Assembly: GCF_006345805.1 (NCBI RefSeq)
Contig: NC_043015.1
Coordinates: 10,416,001 to 10,480,000, forward strand
Direction: 5' to 3'
DNA: 64,000 nt
Source of the DNA: Octopus sinensis
Taxonomy: Eukaryota
Position numbers and translations under genes: made by a program. Below are positions 1 to 13,043 of this stretch, piece by piece; positions within the stretch are counted from its first letter, which is position 1, and every line of letters starts with the position of its first letter. The notes under the pieces are model-generated. The model did not search any database. It saw only the letters and a list, made by a program, of their open reading frames with translations, and was not told the origin of the DNA.

Positions 1-311
1 ATATACTTAGCACCGAAGGTAAAGACAACGAATACGATGTGTATTCTAGTATTGAAAATGTAAAGATAGCTTATAACATGTACGTAACCTCTACTCGTAA
101 AACTTAAATAGAATATAACTATAAGATGGAAAGAGATTAGAACTTAGAAAAGCAGTGGGAACCATAGAATATATAGAAAAGAAAAGGCATTCCTTCAATG
201 TTATATATAGACACACAGATGCATTCGCACACGAAAGCAAGTCCACAGATACACGCAAAGACCTGCACGTGCAGTATGCGCACACTCTAGTTTTTATATG
301 TGTGGAAACTT

Positions 312-706
312 TCTTTTACTTGTTACTGCCATTTGATAATGGGCATGCTGTAGCACCGCCTTAAATAGTTTTAGTCGAACAAATCAACCCCAGCACATAT
401 TCCCTGTAAACCCAGTACTTATTCTATCAGTTTCTTTTGCGGAACTGCTAAGTTACGGTGACGTAGAGACACGCAATTCGGTTATGAGCCGATGGTGGCG
501 GAACAAACACAGACACGAAAACATACACACACATAAATATATACACGACGGGCTTTTTCAGTTTCCGTCTACAAATCCGTTCTCAACGATTTCATAGGAC
601 CGACGATATAACAAGAGACTTGCCGAAAGGTTCCACGTATCAGAAGGGAAAGAGCGATCATGTGGTTGGGAAGCAAGCTTCTTACCACACAACCGTGCAT
701 CCGCCT
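312..706 (-). mobile_element. Degenerate composite tRNA-derived SINE (head module + CA/TA spacer + body module)
   Basis: Diverged match to the cleaner copy at 54877-55287: 'gccatttgataatgggcatgctgtagcaccgcc...cccagtacttattctatc' and 'tttcagtttccgtctacaaatcc...cttaccacacaacc', in the same order and orientation. Confidence 0.75.
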
Positions 707-849
707 CATATGTGTGTGTGTTTCTGCGTGCATGTGTGCGTCGCGCCTGAGTGCGCCCCCGGTTGTGTGCGTTTGTGTGTGTGTGTGTGTGTGTTTTGTG
801 TGCCATTATGTATGTATGTGAGCGTTTAATGGATGGATATGAATGTTAT

Positions 850-850
<1 letters not shown>

Positions 851-889
<39 letters not shown>

Positions 890-993
890 GAAGATAGATA
901 GAATAGATGGATAGATAGAATAGATAGATAGATAGATAGATAGACTGGTAGATAGATAGATAGGAAGATAGATAGAATAGATAGATAGATAGA

Positions 994-1049
<56 letters not shown>

Positions 1050-1062
1050 GAAGATAGATAGA

Positions 1063-1121
<59 letters not shown>

Positions 1122-1140
1122 TAGATAGATAGACAGATAT
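851..1140. repeat. (GATA)n microsatellite with a recurring 'ggaagatagatagaatagat' variant
   Basis: Directly visible; source of the IYLS-repeat ORFs. Confidence 0.97.
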
Positions 1141-1246
1141 ATGAATAAATACAGGTACATTTCATAAGAAACTTTACCATAAGTGTTAAAACTATTGTGT
1201 CATATATATTTCTCTGGCGCTGCGATTGTAAAACGAAGCAAACGTC

Positions 1247-1270
1247 GCAAGTAGTAGCAGTATTAGTAGC

Positions 1271-1316
<46 letters not shown>

Positions 1317-1317
1317 A

Positions 1318-1357
<40 letters not shown>

Positions 1358-1382
1358 GGTGGTGGTGGTGGTGGTTTTAGTG

Positions 1383-1418
<36 letters not shown>

Positions 1419-1660
1419 AGGGGAGGAGGAGGGGGATTAAGGAGTGAAAGGGAGAGAGGAGCAGGAGAGGATGATGGGGAGGAGAAAAATGAGAAGGAGG
1501 AGTGTGGGAAGTTGAAGAGGAGTAGGTGGAGGTTTGGGAAGGAGGAGGAGAAGCGGGTTGTGTTGGAGTCGGAGGCGGGTGGAGGGAGATGAGGAGAGGG
1601 GTGGGGGAGGAAGTGGGGGAAGATGAGGATGAGGGAGATGTGGAGGAGGAGGCTGCAAGC
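1247..1660. repeat. (GTA)n/(GTG)n triplet repeats followed by a GA-rich purine tract
   Basis: Directly visible; source of the poly-V and poly-L ORFs. Confidence 0.95.
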
Positions 1661-1977
1661 ACTGGTTTAGTAGTTATAACAGTTTAAAATAAATTAACCT
1701 ATATATTGATGGTGCTATACAAAAACCTATCTATCATTTCAAGGTTTTTAAAGTCCTTTTGTTCGCTCGCTATCATTGAACGAAACGCTACTATAGACGT
1801 TCCTCTTCTCAAGGCATGTACTTCTGTGAAAAATCATTACGCAGAAAAATGAAAAACGCGTTTGTATCCATGAAAAGATTGTTGCTTGCCATACACTCAT
1901 AAATACACACAACACACACACACAATATACTGAAATATATACAAATATATACACACATATATACGCATATACATATG

Positions 1978-2049
<72 letters not shown>

Positions 2050-2110
2050 TTGAGTGTGTATGAATGTATTTGTATGTGTGTGTCTGTGTGTGTCTTTGCG
2101 TGTTTGTCTG

Positions 2111-2142
<32 letters not shown>

Positions 2143-2479
2143 TGCTCACACATACATATATGTAAACTATTATATACATATCAATTTATATTTATCGAGT
2201 TTTCTGATCTTCAACAAGCCTCATTCATATCATCATCACAATCCTTATAACATCTTCATCATCATCATCTCCATAATCATCATCAAGAATTATTATCCCA
2301 GCCATAGTTATAGCAGACATCCTTCCTTATCTTCAACATAAATAGCACCATCATTAATATTATAACCACAAGAAGACATACACAAACGCATATATACAGA
2401 ACCACAGAATCCACATAAGCAGCTCATATGCAGTAGCATACACTACCGTAGTGGCAATATCATGAATTGCCCACAAGCA

Positions 2480-2712
2480 CAATTTCTAATGAAATTTTTC
2501 GCATCCTATCAGCTCTTCCGCCTGAATGACAATTTTCATGTGGACCGAATGATATATCAACACAGCAAGTCTCTTGTCGAGAGATGCCAAAAACAAGACG
2601 GCAAAACATTTTATTGTTGAGTTTCTTGTTTGATCATACGATATTTGTAACAAAACTATAAAAGGATTTGTGGGAAGCAATTCATACTGCCAATACAATA
2701 GCTTGAAGTGGA
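2480..2712 (-). mobile_element. Degraded mariner transposase fragment
   Basis: Minus frame 'YWQYELLPTN...LAVLIYHSVHMKIVIQAEELIGCE' resembles the mariner segment 'IHYELLP.N...GVLLLHDNARPH..KLEELGWE'. Confidence 0.5.
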
Positions 2713-2722
2713 ATCTAGTATA

Positions 2723-2757
<35 letters not shown>

Positions 2758-2926
2758 GTACATACATGCAGCCAAACACACACACAGTCGCACATACATG
2801 TATGTATTTTGTATTTATGTATGAAGGTATCTATATAAATATATGTATACATACATATGTATTTGTATATGTATATATGTACTTACTACTTCGTATGGAT
2901 GTACGTGCGTGTAAATATATATATAT

Positions 2927-3050
<124 letters not shown>

Positions 3051-3504
3051 ATATGTATATGTATGTAGGTATGTATATACTTATGTATGTATTTCTGTAT
3101 GTGTAACGAAAATGGAAGACAAAATTTATGAGTATGATTTCACAATTCTCTTCATTGCAGTTATGCGAGAAATGTACTCAATACTGTTCCTTAAATGGAA
3201 ATAAAAGCATCAATTAAAAGCTGAAATTTTGTGGAATCTCTCTGCATAGACTATACGATTGGCACTATGTGGTGTTATTTTCTCGCATGTACATCGTTAC
3301 CTTCTTTTTTTTTTTCTCGCCGAGGTCGCGGTTGCCATTCATTTTCTTGAGTTCGAGAAAATAATTAGCAGGCAAGCACTAGAGATCAGGTATTCGATTT
3401 TTCTTCGTCCCTCAAAATTGCTGAATTCCTTTCAAAATTACAAAGTTTTCTAATTTCTCATATATTGGCACGGACATAACTGTGCTGTAAAAAGTTTGCT
3501 TCTG

Positions 3505-3627
3505 AACAACAATACTCCGGATTCACTGCCACTGAGTGGCATGTTGGGTAAATGTCTTCTACTGTAGCCTCGGAGCACCCAAATCCTTGTGATGGATTTT
3601 GTAGACGAAAACTGAAAGCCAATCGTG

Positions 3628-3630
<3 letters not shown>
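3505..3630 (+). mobile_element. Degenerate SINE head module
   Basis: 'tgtcttctactgtagcctcgg...ggattttgtagacgaaaactgaaag' followed by (TA)n; matches 47153-47317. Confidence 0.75.
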
Positions 3631-3702
<72 letters not shown>

Positions 3703-3703
3703 A

Positions 3704-3914
3704 TATACAACTTATAAATAAGGGCAAAAGCAAATTATTTCTATGCCAATATGCTGATAACAGACTTTTAAATCGTCAATTTCCTCGATTTCAGCACGAC
3801 GTATTTTTGTAGTGGGTATATAATAATATGTGGAAATTGACGATTTAAAAGTCTGTTTTCAGCAAATTGTCATAGAAATAATTTTCTTTTGCCCTTGTTT
3901 ATAGGTTGTTTATA
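3704..3914. repeat. Foldback element: ~80-bp inverted arms around a ~47-bp spacer
   Basis: 3704-3784 is a near reverse complement of 3832-3914 (agggcaaaagcaaattatttctatgccaatatgctgataacagacttttaaatcgtcaatttcc, few mismatches). Confidence 0.9.
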
Positions 3915-4022
3915 ATTTTAACCTTTAAAGGAATTTTAATATGCCGCCACTTTTTTGATGAAATTTTTTTCTGTAAAAAAACTTCATCCTATATTAGTAG
4001 TATATGTTTATGTATCATTTGC

Positions 4023-4262
4023 TTGTTTTTTCTTTCTCAAGCCACGCCTGGCTCATAAGGTCCGGTTTCCCGGTTTCCTTGGCGTATGTGTTCCCAACCT
4101 GGCCGGAAAGCCGGTGCATCGCAGGTGAGCTGCAAGATGCAGGAGGAAAGAGTGAGAGAAAGTTGTGGCGAAAGTAGTTCACCATTACCCTCTGGCGGAG
4201 CCCCTCATAAACACACACATCGTCCAGTCTGAGTTTCGAACCCACGAGCCAGGTGCCTCCAC
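4023..4262 (-). mobile_element. tRNA-derived SINE with internal deletions (same family as 12742-13043)
   Basis: Shares 'cctggctcataagg.ccggtttcccggtttccttggcgtat' and the B-box reverse complement 'tttcgaaccc'. Confidence 0.85.
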
Positions 4263-4467
4263 ATATCTATATCTATATATATATAACATTATAATTTAGG
4301 GTATCTAAGATACCCCCACACTGGAAATAGCAGCGAGAAAACCTGACTCTAAAACCACATTAAATGTTCATTTCAGCGTGGAGGTATCTCTTAGATAACT
4401 TATAAATTATAATTTTAATAATAATTATTAACTTTGAAGGGGTTTTTTTTCGATTCTAATTCTTATT

Positions 4468-4502
<35 letters not shown>

Positions 4503-4619
4503 TATGTGTGTATGTATTATCTGTGTATCGATGTTTGTCCCACCATCACCACATTCGGTCAGCGCGGTCATACACATAGCATTTTCCCTTTGTTTTACGG
4601 TCATTTTCATACCCTATTT

Positions 4620-5590
4620 TAATTGCCTCGATAACTGAGGAGATGTTCCATTTTATTGAACTTCTCCAGCATAGTGAAAACGTCTTCTTGGGATGGAGCT
4701 ATCATGACGATTTCGTTCACATATCGAGCGAAAGAGGTAGATATTTGGCAGGTGCTGAATGCCCGACGCTCCAGCTGGACCTCATAGGCAGTCCGGAACA
4801 GTGTTTATAGAAGTTGTCCAAGGGAATGCAGTGCGTGTTGGCGACTATAACTTATAGTGGCTGGTGAATGTCGCTGCAGGTAAGTCCAAAGCAGTGTAAG
4901 TCCAAGAAGTTGACACATTCTGTAATCAGGTCGACAGCATGAAGGGCAGGAACCGAGATGTAAACGGAACTTATGCCTGTCGTCTGAGCATGTCGGATTC
5001 TAATTCGACAGTTGGGGGTTCAGGATTCTGGATAGGATCCATATTTTTTGTTGAATGGTCCTTCTATACCAGGAAACTATGAGTCTGATATGGAGGTCAG
5101 GTCTCTGTTCGTGCGTCTTGTAAGATGGCAAATGTAGGCATCCTACTGTTCCGCGTAATGAAGTTCCTTTTTATCCTCCCTGGGAGTTTACGTCGGTTAT
5201 AGATGTTGTTCCAAGAGTTGTTGATCAGGACTTCCACTCGGGTCGCGGGGACCCAACCGTGACTCTGGCGGAGATATTGTTGTTACCAAGGTGCTGGTAC
5301 GCTAAAATGTCATATGTGTGTTGGATAATGACACAAAATTCTCTGCTGAGTTAGACTAGGTTCTTCGACCTAAGATTTTTAAAGTGTGTTTTCGAAATAT
5401 CGCGTGAGGAGGATTTGGCGTGATTGTCGAAAAGTATAGGATGGATTGTTTCGGCCTGGAGAGTATGCTGTCAAAAATATGATTAGTAGGGTGTGGATAG
5501 AGCATGGAATTGGGGTGGTAGATAGGAAATTTATGTGGAAGCGAATGGATAGTGCCTTCAGTGGTAGGGTCAGTGAATAGCTTGTTTACG
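4620..5590 (-). mobile_element. Degraded Penelope-like reverse transcriptase fragment
   Basis: Minus-strand frames give 'LHIRLIVS', 'YISVPALHAVDLITEC' (SL.TSVP motif) and 'SFARYVNEIVMI' (RYVDD motif), with stops and frameshifts. Confidence 0.65.
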
Positions 5591-5684
5591 ATTTCGATTA
5601 TTCGACTGGCACATTCGAACTTGTAATAATATTGCATTTATATTTAATTTCAGACTGGAAATCCAATGATAATAACCAAGAGGC

Positions 5685-5744
<60 letters not shown>

Positions 5745-5865
5745 CACACGCATATCCCCCACACCCACACGCACAATCATCCACACCCACATACATACAC
5801 ACAAACACAGCCACACACATATACACAGACATATAATGTATATACATATATATGTGTATATATGC

Positions 5866-5916
<51 letters not shown>

Positions 5917-6699
5917 ATATGTATATTATATATACACATATATATGTATATATATATACATACATATGTACATAATATATATATATATGTATATATATTA
6001 TATATATATATATATATGTATATATATGTTATATATATATATATATATATAGATATTATATATATACACATATATATATAACCTTTTGGTTATTATCCCA
6101 TCACCAGTGGATTGTCAGTCTGAATTAAATTTATTCATCATGAAACCTTCAAACGCAGAGAGATAATTTGGTTCCGTTCTTCAATTAATAAAGCACAGAG
6201 AAAGTTTACTGTCTATACTTTCTAGCTTTGCAAAAGCAGCTGAATGACCAAACATTTCCCTTGATGTAAGGACATTTTACCTGTTGGTTTAGTCTGGAGT
6301 TCTTGTAATTGTGCTTTTCATATTTGATATACAGCTATAAATTAATTCGAAAGTGATTTTATAGTATAAATTCGTTTAGCATTTCTTGACAGGGGAATAT
6401 TTACTAATGAGGCCTCAGATGTAGTTGGATAAATTAGATTCAAATTTTAATGAGAAATTGTGCCATACCAATTATTTCTCACTATTTTCCACTCAGTTCC
6501 TTGCAGTGTAGGAAATATTATCTGTCTGTATATAGAGACTGAAGGTTATTAAAATAGGAGAAAGTGAAGGAAGAGGATCACATTTTTATATTTTGACAAA
6601 ACATCTGGACATTGTAATTCGGATACTGTTCTACATTTTGATCACAATGTACTTTTCATTGCTCTCATATATGTGTTACATCCATCAGAGTGGAATATA

Positions 6700-6934
6700 T
6701 ATTTCTTTACTACCCACAAGGGGCTAAACACAGAGGGGACAACCAAGGACAGGCAAATGTATTAAGTCGATTACATCGACCCCAGTGCGTAACTGGTACT
6801 TAATTTACCGACCCCGAAATGATTAAAATGCAATGTCGACCTCGGCGAAATTTGAACTCGGAACGTAACGACAGATGAAATACTACTACGCATTTCGCCC
6901 GGCATGCTAACGTTTCTGCCAGATCGCCGCCTTT
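6700..6934 (-). mobile_element. Full-length tRNA-derived SINE with a 15-bp TSD
   Basis: Head aggcggcga.ctggcagaaacgttagc...gagttcaaat on the minus strand; TSD tcagagtggaatata at 6685-6699 and 6935-6949; same family as 16703-16937. Confidence 0.93.
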
Positions 6935-7640
6935 TCAGAGTGGAATATAAGTGTAATGTCTTAGAAATTAATCATACACGCGTAGTTCGATCATAAGCAT
7001 TATCAATGCTTGTACAACATAAAATTTAACTATGTCATTAATTTAATCTCTTCTGCATTTAATAATTGTAATGACATACTCATACAGATAAGATATAGAT
7101 TCTCACGTTGAAAGCATATTAAATTAATATGGAAGGAACACGATGGGTATAGGTAACAACTGCAATTCTGTCTATAGCAGAGGGATTATTATTCTCATTC
7201 ATGTTTTACAACAGGTTTCTCATTTTTAAATTTCTTTATCATTTATTGAGCTCATTACGTTCTGAAAATATTCACTTAAAGATTCTGTTTTCTGTTGCGT
7301 AAATTAAGAAGGATAATTTTTTATCAGTTCGACTAAGAAATAGTAGGGTTTGCCTAAATGCTTCCATTTGATAAATAATACATCCTTCAGAAGTCGTTTT
7401 CAAATCGGTTTCTGATAAAGTTAGAGATAATAGTCTTCTCCACAATACCGGCAGGATTTTAGTTCTCTTTATCCTCACCAGTTTGATTATGCCTCTTGTA
7501 AAACATATACTTAATTCCACTTTTTGTTTAGACCAAGGAGCAGGACGTTTAATGATTATACACAGAAGCACACATATATACTTACATAATATTTATACAC
7601 TCACAAAGAGAGACACAGAAACACACTCACACACACCTAC

Positions 7641-7714
<74 letters not shown>

Positions 7715-8055
7715 GATCAAAATAAGCAACAAAATTTCAAATTTCAAGTGATTCAGTAGGAGCGTTTCAGGCGGTTTCATTTAATTTAACAATGTAGGTA
7801 TATACATATTTTAATATATGTTATAGAATGTGTATTTCTTGGCAATCTGAAATTTCAGATGGTAAAATGGTTCCTTGTCAATGCATTTGATACGGTAAAT
7901 CGCCCGCTGATCAAGAAAGAACTAAAGAAAATATCTGATGCGTATTAACAGTTATTTGTTCATGTATTGTGAGTTATCTCAAGTAGAGGATCTACTAAGA
8001 GAATCTGCATTTTGATAAGCAATCGACACCTGTGCTAAATTAAAACAACGTGCCT

Positions 8056-8088
<33 letters not shown>

Positions 8089-8282
8089 TATTATTCACAT
8101 AAATATAAATGTATGTATATAAATATATACATACATATATATGTATGTATCTATGTATAAGGTTGTATATATATATATTCATAAATATATGTGTATATAA
8201 ATGCATATATATATATATATTATATATATATATACACATATGTAAGTATATATAATATATATTATATATCATATATATATAC

Positions 8283-8595
8283 ATATGGTTCCGGGTACAG
8301 TCCCACTGTATGGCAACTTGGGCAAGTGTATTTTACTATAGCCTCGAGCCGACCAAATGCTTGTGAGTGTATATCCGGTAGACGGAAACTGAAAGAAGCC
8401 TGTCGTATATATATATATATATATATATAAGTATATATGTTTCTGTATCCGTTTCTGTACCCCCACCGTCGTTTGGCAACCGATGCTGGTGTGTTTACCT
8501 CTCCGCAACTTAGAGGTTCAGCAAAACAAACCGACAGAATAAGGACTAGGCTTACAAAGAATATTTCCCGGCGTCGACTTACTCGACTAAAGGCC
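8283..8595 (+). mobile_element. Composite SINE (head + (TA)n + body module)
   Basis: 'ggttccgggtacagtccc...gacggaaactgaaagaagcctgtcg', then TA repeat, then 'aaccgatgctggtgtgtttac...cttacaaagaata...tcgactaaaggc'. Confidence 0.85.
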
Positions 8596-8899
8596 TGACT
8601 GAAACAAATACAAGAATTGAAGAATACACACATATATACGCCCCCCCCCCATATACACACCTATGTATTTCTAGCTATGCTATTTATTCTAGTAATAAGT
8701 TAAATAATGATATTAGTTTTCTTCGAACAACTGCGAATCTTTCTTTTGCAGATTACTTCATATTTTTAATGGCATTTACGTTCACAACACATCCTAAGTA
8801 TTGATTGAAATGTCGAAAATGTTCCTTGGTGTAGGCCAAGAAGCCCGGCTGATAACTTCTTAATATTTTTTTTTTATTATGAGAGATCTTTGGCACACG

Positions 8900-9410
8900 T
8901 AATCTTCTTCAATTCCCCACTAATCGGACTATGTTTAAAACTGCTATGAAGGAAAGCACAGGGCATTCCTTGTACTACATGCAGGGTATTATGAGCTGCC
9001 TGTGGAAATAAACTATAATTTTCAGATATAACGATAGGGTCCGAGTCGATGCAGGAACAGAACACTTCCACTAACCTTCGCTGAGAAAATATGCTAGAAA
9101 TGCATAAGAGGAACAGTCAGGAAAATGCGTCTTGAAATGTAACTCGTGAAACCCTATGCTAAAAATCCTATGCTGCAAACAATATTGCCCAACACAGCGA
9201 TAAGTTAAGTCAATGAAACTGGCCATTTTACCAACACGATGTGCTCGATATACATCGGCTGCTACTGCAGCAGTACATTTAGATATGAACAGAAACAATA
9301 ATGTTTAGGAACAATGATGCATGCGAACACTATTGTATGAAACATAGTAAAAGGTGTAAGAACAAGTACAACACAGTAAATGCTGGTGACAGTGTTTTAG
9401 TTAAATTCTA
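8900..9410 (+). mobile_element. Degraded Ty3/Gypsy integrase C-terminal fragment
   Basis: 'FKTAMKESTGHSLYYMQG' resembles the integrase 'Y.TA.HESTG.SPYYL.G' motif; downstream 'KYNTVNAGDSVLVK' resembles 'F.VGD.VLVK'. Confidence 0.5.
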
Positions 9411-9590
9411 CAGCATACATCTACCCAGAGTTACCCCGCTTCCGTATTTCCCGCGGATAGCGATAAAAGTGGTAGAAATGCTACAGCAGCGAATGCGACA
9501 GAGGGCAACACTCTGTAGATATGGTATTTTTACATCTTTTAAAGTTCGCTTATAATTTATACATACATACATACACACATATATATATAT

Positions 9591-9637
<47 letters not shown>

Positions 9638-9641
<4 letters not shown>

Positions 9642-10217
9642 TACAAGATAAGGGCAGAAGAAAAATTCTAATGCCAAATATGCCGAAACAAAAAATTGTC
9701 GATAACCATTATAATTTATGCGTCTCGAAACAAACCGATAGAAAGCTCTAAAAAATTCGTTATTACCGTATTGGTCCAATTTCGGGGTTAATTCATAAGA
9801 AAATTTTCCCTTCTTCAGCGGCAAATACGCGAGATATAAGTGAAATACTTACTAATACCCATGGAAAAAGCAAGCACTAAGTCCTGAGCAGACCTAAGTA
9901 CACGAAATATATCCAAAATAGAAAAGTCTTCAGCACACCTCGAGACACGTGTGATTCGAACTAAAAACCTTCACGGAGTGATAGAATCCGGAAGTGAACA
10001 CTATTCAATTTATAATTAAATTAAGATAAAATTTTTTTCGGGAAAAAAATTTTATCAATGGCCAGCATATTAAAAAATACCTTTAAAGGTTAAATTTATA
10101 AATAATTTACAAGACAAGGGCAGAAGAAAAATTCTAATGCCAAATATGCCGAAACAAAAAATTGTCGATAAGCATTTTAATTTATGCGTCTCGAAACAAA
10201 CCGATAGAAATCTCTAA
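9638..10217 (+). repeat. Two ~115-bp direct repeats 466 bp apart
   Basis: 9638-9752 vs 10104-10217: tttacaaga.aagggcagaagaaaaattctaatgccaaatatgccgaaacaaaaaattgtcgataa...gcgtctcgaaacaaaccgatagaaa. Confidence 0.92.
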
Positions 10218-10289
10218 ATAATGCTCATCTCTATAGCGATATGTCGTGATCTTTCACAAATACCTTCTAGCTATATGTATATATACATA

Positions 10290-11032
10290 ATAATAATAAT
10301 AATAATAATGTTCGTCCTTCGGGTTCGAAGATGACCACTGACATCATCTGGTGGAACTGCCGCCATGAGACCGGAGGTGGCTGGTGAGGCCAATCCTGGC
10401 AAGGAAGCCCCTCCCACAGATGGGGCAGAAGTGGGTAGGGGCCGTGCTACTGGTGCAGGCGGCTCTGGCTTTCCGCATCTGGCGTTTCTGTTCTGCTGAC
10501 CGAATCCGTCCCTCCTCGGCTGTCCCTGCTCCTGTGGTGATTGCGCTGCGCCAGGATGAGCGGTCGGCAGCAAGTGTCTCACAGGTCTCTGTGCCGATGG
10601 AGAAGTCTTTGAGAGAGACCTTGAGACTGTCCTTGAAGCGCTTCTTCTGCCCTCCGACTTTGCGTTTGTCCTGGCTGAGTTCACCGTAGAAGAGCTGTTT
10701 TGGGATGCGAGTGTCGGACATGCGGGAGACGTGGCCCGCCCATCTCAGCTGGGCCTTGCGCATGATTGTGATGATGCTAGGGATATCTGCCTGCTTCAGA
10801 ACTTCCGTGTCTGGGACTTTGTCCTGCCAGCGGATGTGAAGGAGGTTCCGAAGACACCTGAAGTGGAAGTGGTTTATCTGGCGCTCGTGCCTTCGGTAAG
10901 CAGTCCACGTCTCGCAGCCGTATAGTAGGGTGGTAAGCACGACTGCCCGGTAGACTTTCAGCTTGGTGTTGAGGCTGATTCCTCTCCGCTCCCAGACTCT
11001 CTTTCGCAGTCTCCCTATAGAATCCCTATAAA
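10290..11032 (-). mobile_element. Young 5'-truncated RTE-clade (BovB-like) LINE: RT C-terminus + C2H2 finger + (ATT)n tail, 13-bp TSD
   Basis: Stop-free frame GRLRKRVW...VVLTTLLYGCETWT...LRWAGHVSRM...CPICGRGFLARIGLTSHLRSH; (TAA)n tail at ~10288-10309; TSD gtatatatacata at 10277-10289 and 11033-11045. Confidence 0.96.
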
Positions 11033-11042
11033 GTATATATAC

Positions 11043-11097
<55 letters not shown>

Positions 11098-11100
11098 CAA

Positions 11101-11147
<47 letters not shown>

Positions 11148-12741
11148 CCACGATAATTTTATATATATATATATAATATATAGGCAACGATAATTTTCTG
11201 TTTTTGAAAGAATACCCTCGATAATATTGATGGTATTTTCCATACATTTTGAGAGTAATATACAATACAACAAGAATTAGAGCAAAACTATAAGTGGGAA
11301 TACACGAAAGGGAATTTTTCTATTAAAAAATAATAATAAAAAAACTTTGCTTACAGATCAACTCATGCTATTAAGAAACAGCCTTATGTGCACATAAACT
11401 CTAATAGTGTCACACCTGTAAACATAAATTCGTTCCGTATACACAAATACGAACACAGACGGTAATACATAATTGTGCATGTGTTCAATTAACTTTTTAG
11501 GATGATGGCTACGTGTGAAAAGTAACTGAACCAGAGAGTTTTTAAAATGAAGTAGGCTAGTCTAAGTTACTTAGTTTATGGAAATTCTAATTAATTCGGC
11601 AATCCCTCGAACTCTTCAGATTTACGAATTAATTACAATATCGTCTATAAATGTTAACAGTACAAGCACACCTTACCCTACTCTGTTCAATCATAGACAC
11701 GACCACGTTATAGTACGTGTTCATACGTGTATGGAGAGAGATAATGAGAGAGATGGAGAAAACAGACAGGGAGGCTGAATCATATGAACCGATTGACAGA
11801 GAAATATAGAAAACAATAACACCGATTCAGTAGAGCAAAGTGTATTTTTTATAAAGATGTCTAATGTAATGGAAATTTGAGAACGCTAGTCCACAAGTGT
11901 TTTGTTTTTCTTTATTCATTCAGTTACACTAATTTCATGTATATGTCCAAGTACATAACATAGGACAATGTTGTAAGTTAATATTAAAATTCTTTTAAAA
12001 TATGGCAATAGTTAAATACGTCCACGTTATCTTTCAACAAGATTTATGCTTGAAACGCTTGCTAGTACTTCCTCTAAAATCATGCACTAGCTTTCAACAA
12101 ATCGAAGAATATTAGATGTTGTCAATCTGTGATACAAACAATTTATTGACTCGAAGTAGAATTTACTTTGAATGGGTTTCTTTAAAAAGAGTGTTTTCTG
12201 GGTAAAAGAAAAAATAACAATTATTCTCATGTGATACTCTATTAACTTATTTAATTATTTCTACTACAGTGATGAGGTACAACGATAGCTGATTGCCTTG
12301 ACATCAACGGTCAAGTGTTAATTATTTATTCTCCATGAAATGATTAAAGGCAAAACAACGTTGGTGGAAATTAAATTTGGACCCTAATGACGGAAGAGAT
12401 TCTTCTAAACATTAAGTCCGGCACGCTTAATGGTTTTTCCACCTCGCCGCCTCTGTTATTTATATAATTTGCACAGTATCATAGGAGCTGTAAGTAAATA
12501 AAGATATGTGACCAATAGATGAGGTAATAGCAGTACATTAGTGAACTATGATTAATTAACTTGGATCTGCAGCCACAAATTCCACTGGGGGACGTTATTT
12601 CAAATTAAACTAGTCTGAATACTTGATGCAATTACACTATCTGAACAAAATAGCCTAAAATGAAAATTATTAATTATATACAATATCTTGAAAAGGATAA
12701 AGATACAAATCTTGTGTCTAGAGATTTGTAGTCTGTATAAT

Positions 12742-13043
12742 TTATTTTCTTTCTCAAGCTATGCCTGGCTCATAAGGGCCGGTTTCCCGGTTTCCTTGGC
12801 GTATAGGTTCCCCACTTGAACAGGACGCCGGGCCGTCGCTGGTGAGCTGCAAGTTGCAGGAAGAAAGAGGGAGAGAAGGTTGTGGTGAAAGAGTCAGCAG
12901 AAACTCGTCATCATCTTCTGCGGGAGCCGCGTGGAGTTTAGGCGTTTCGCTCATAAACACAAACATCACCCGGTCTGAGATTCGAACCCGTGATCACTTG
13001 ATCGCGAGTCCACTGCTCTAACCACTGGGACATATGCCTCCAC
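12742..13043 (-). mobile_element. Full-length tRNA-derived SINE with a 12-bp TSD
   Basis: Minus head 'gtggaggcatatgtcccagtggttagagc...gggttcgaatctc' (A and B boxes); TSD agtctgtataat at 12730-12741 and 13044-13055. Confidence 0.93.

Noticed and set aside
7272-7571. 99-aa non-repetitive minus-strand ORF
   Set aside because: No recognisable motif and a weak acceptor; compatible with chance
12240-12620. Unique segment with many TAAT/ATTA motifs (possible enhancer) and possible micro-exon
   Set aside because: Such motifs are expected in AT-rich DNA; cannot be supported without cross-species conservation data
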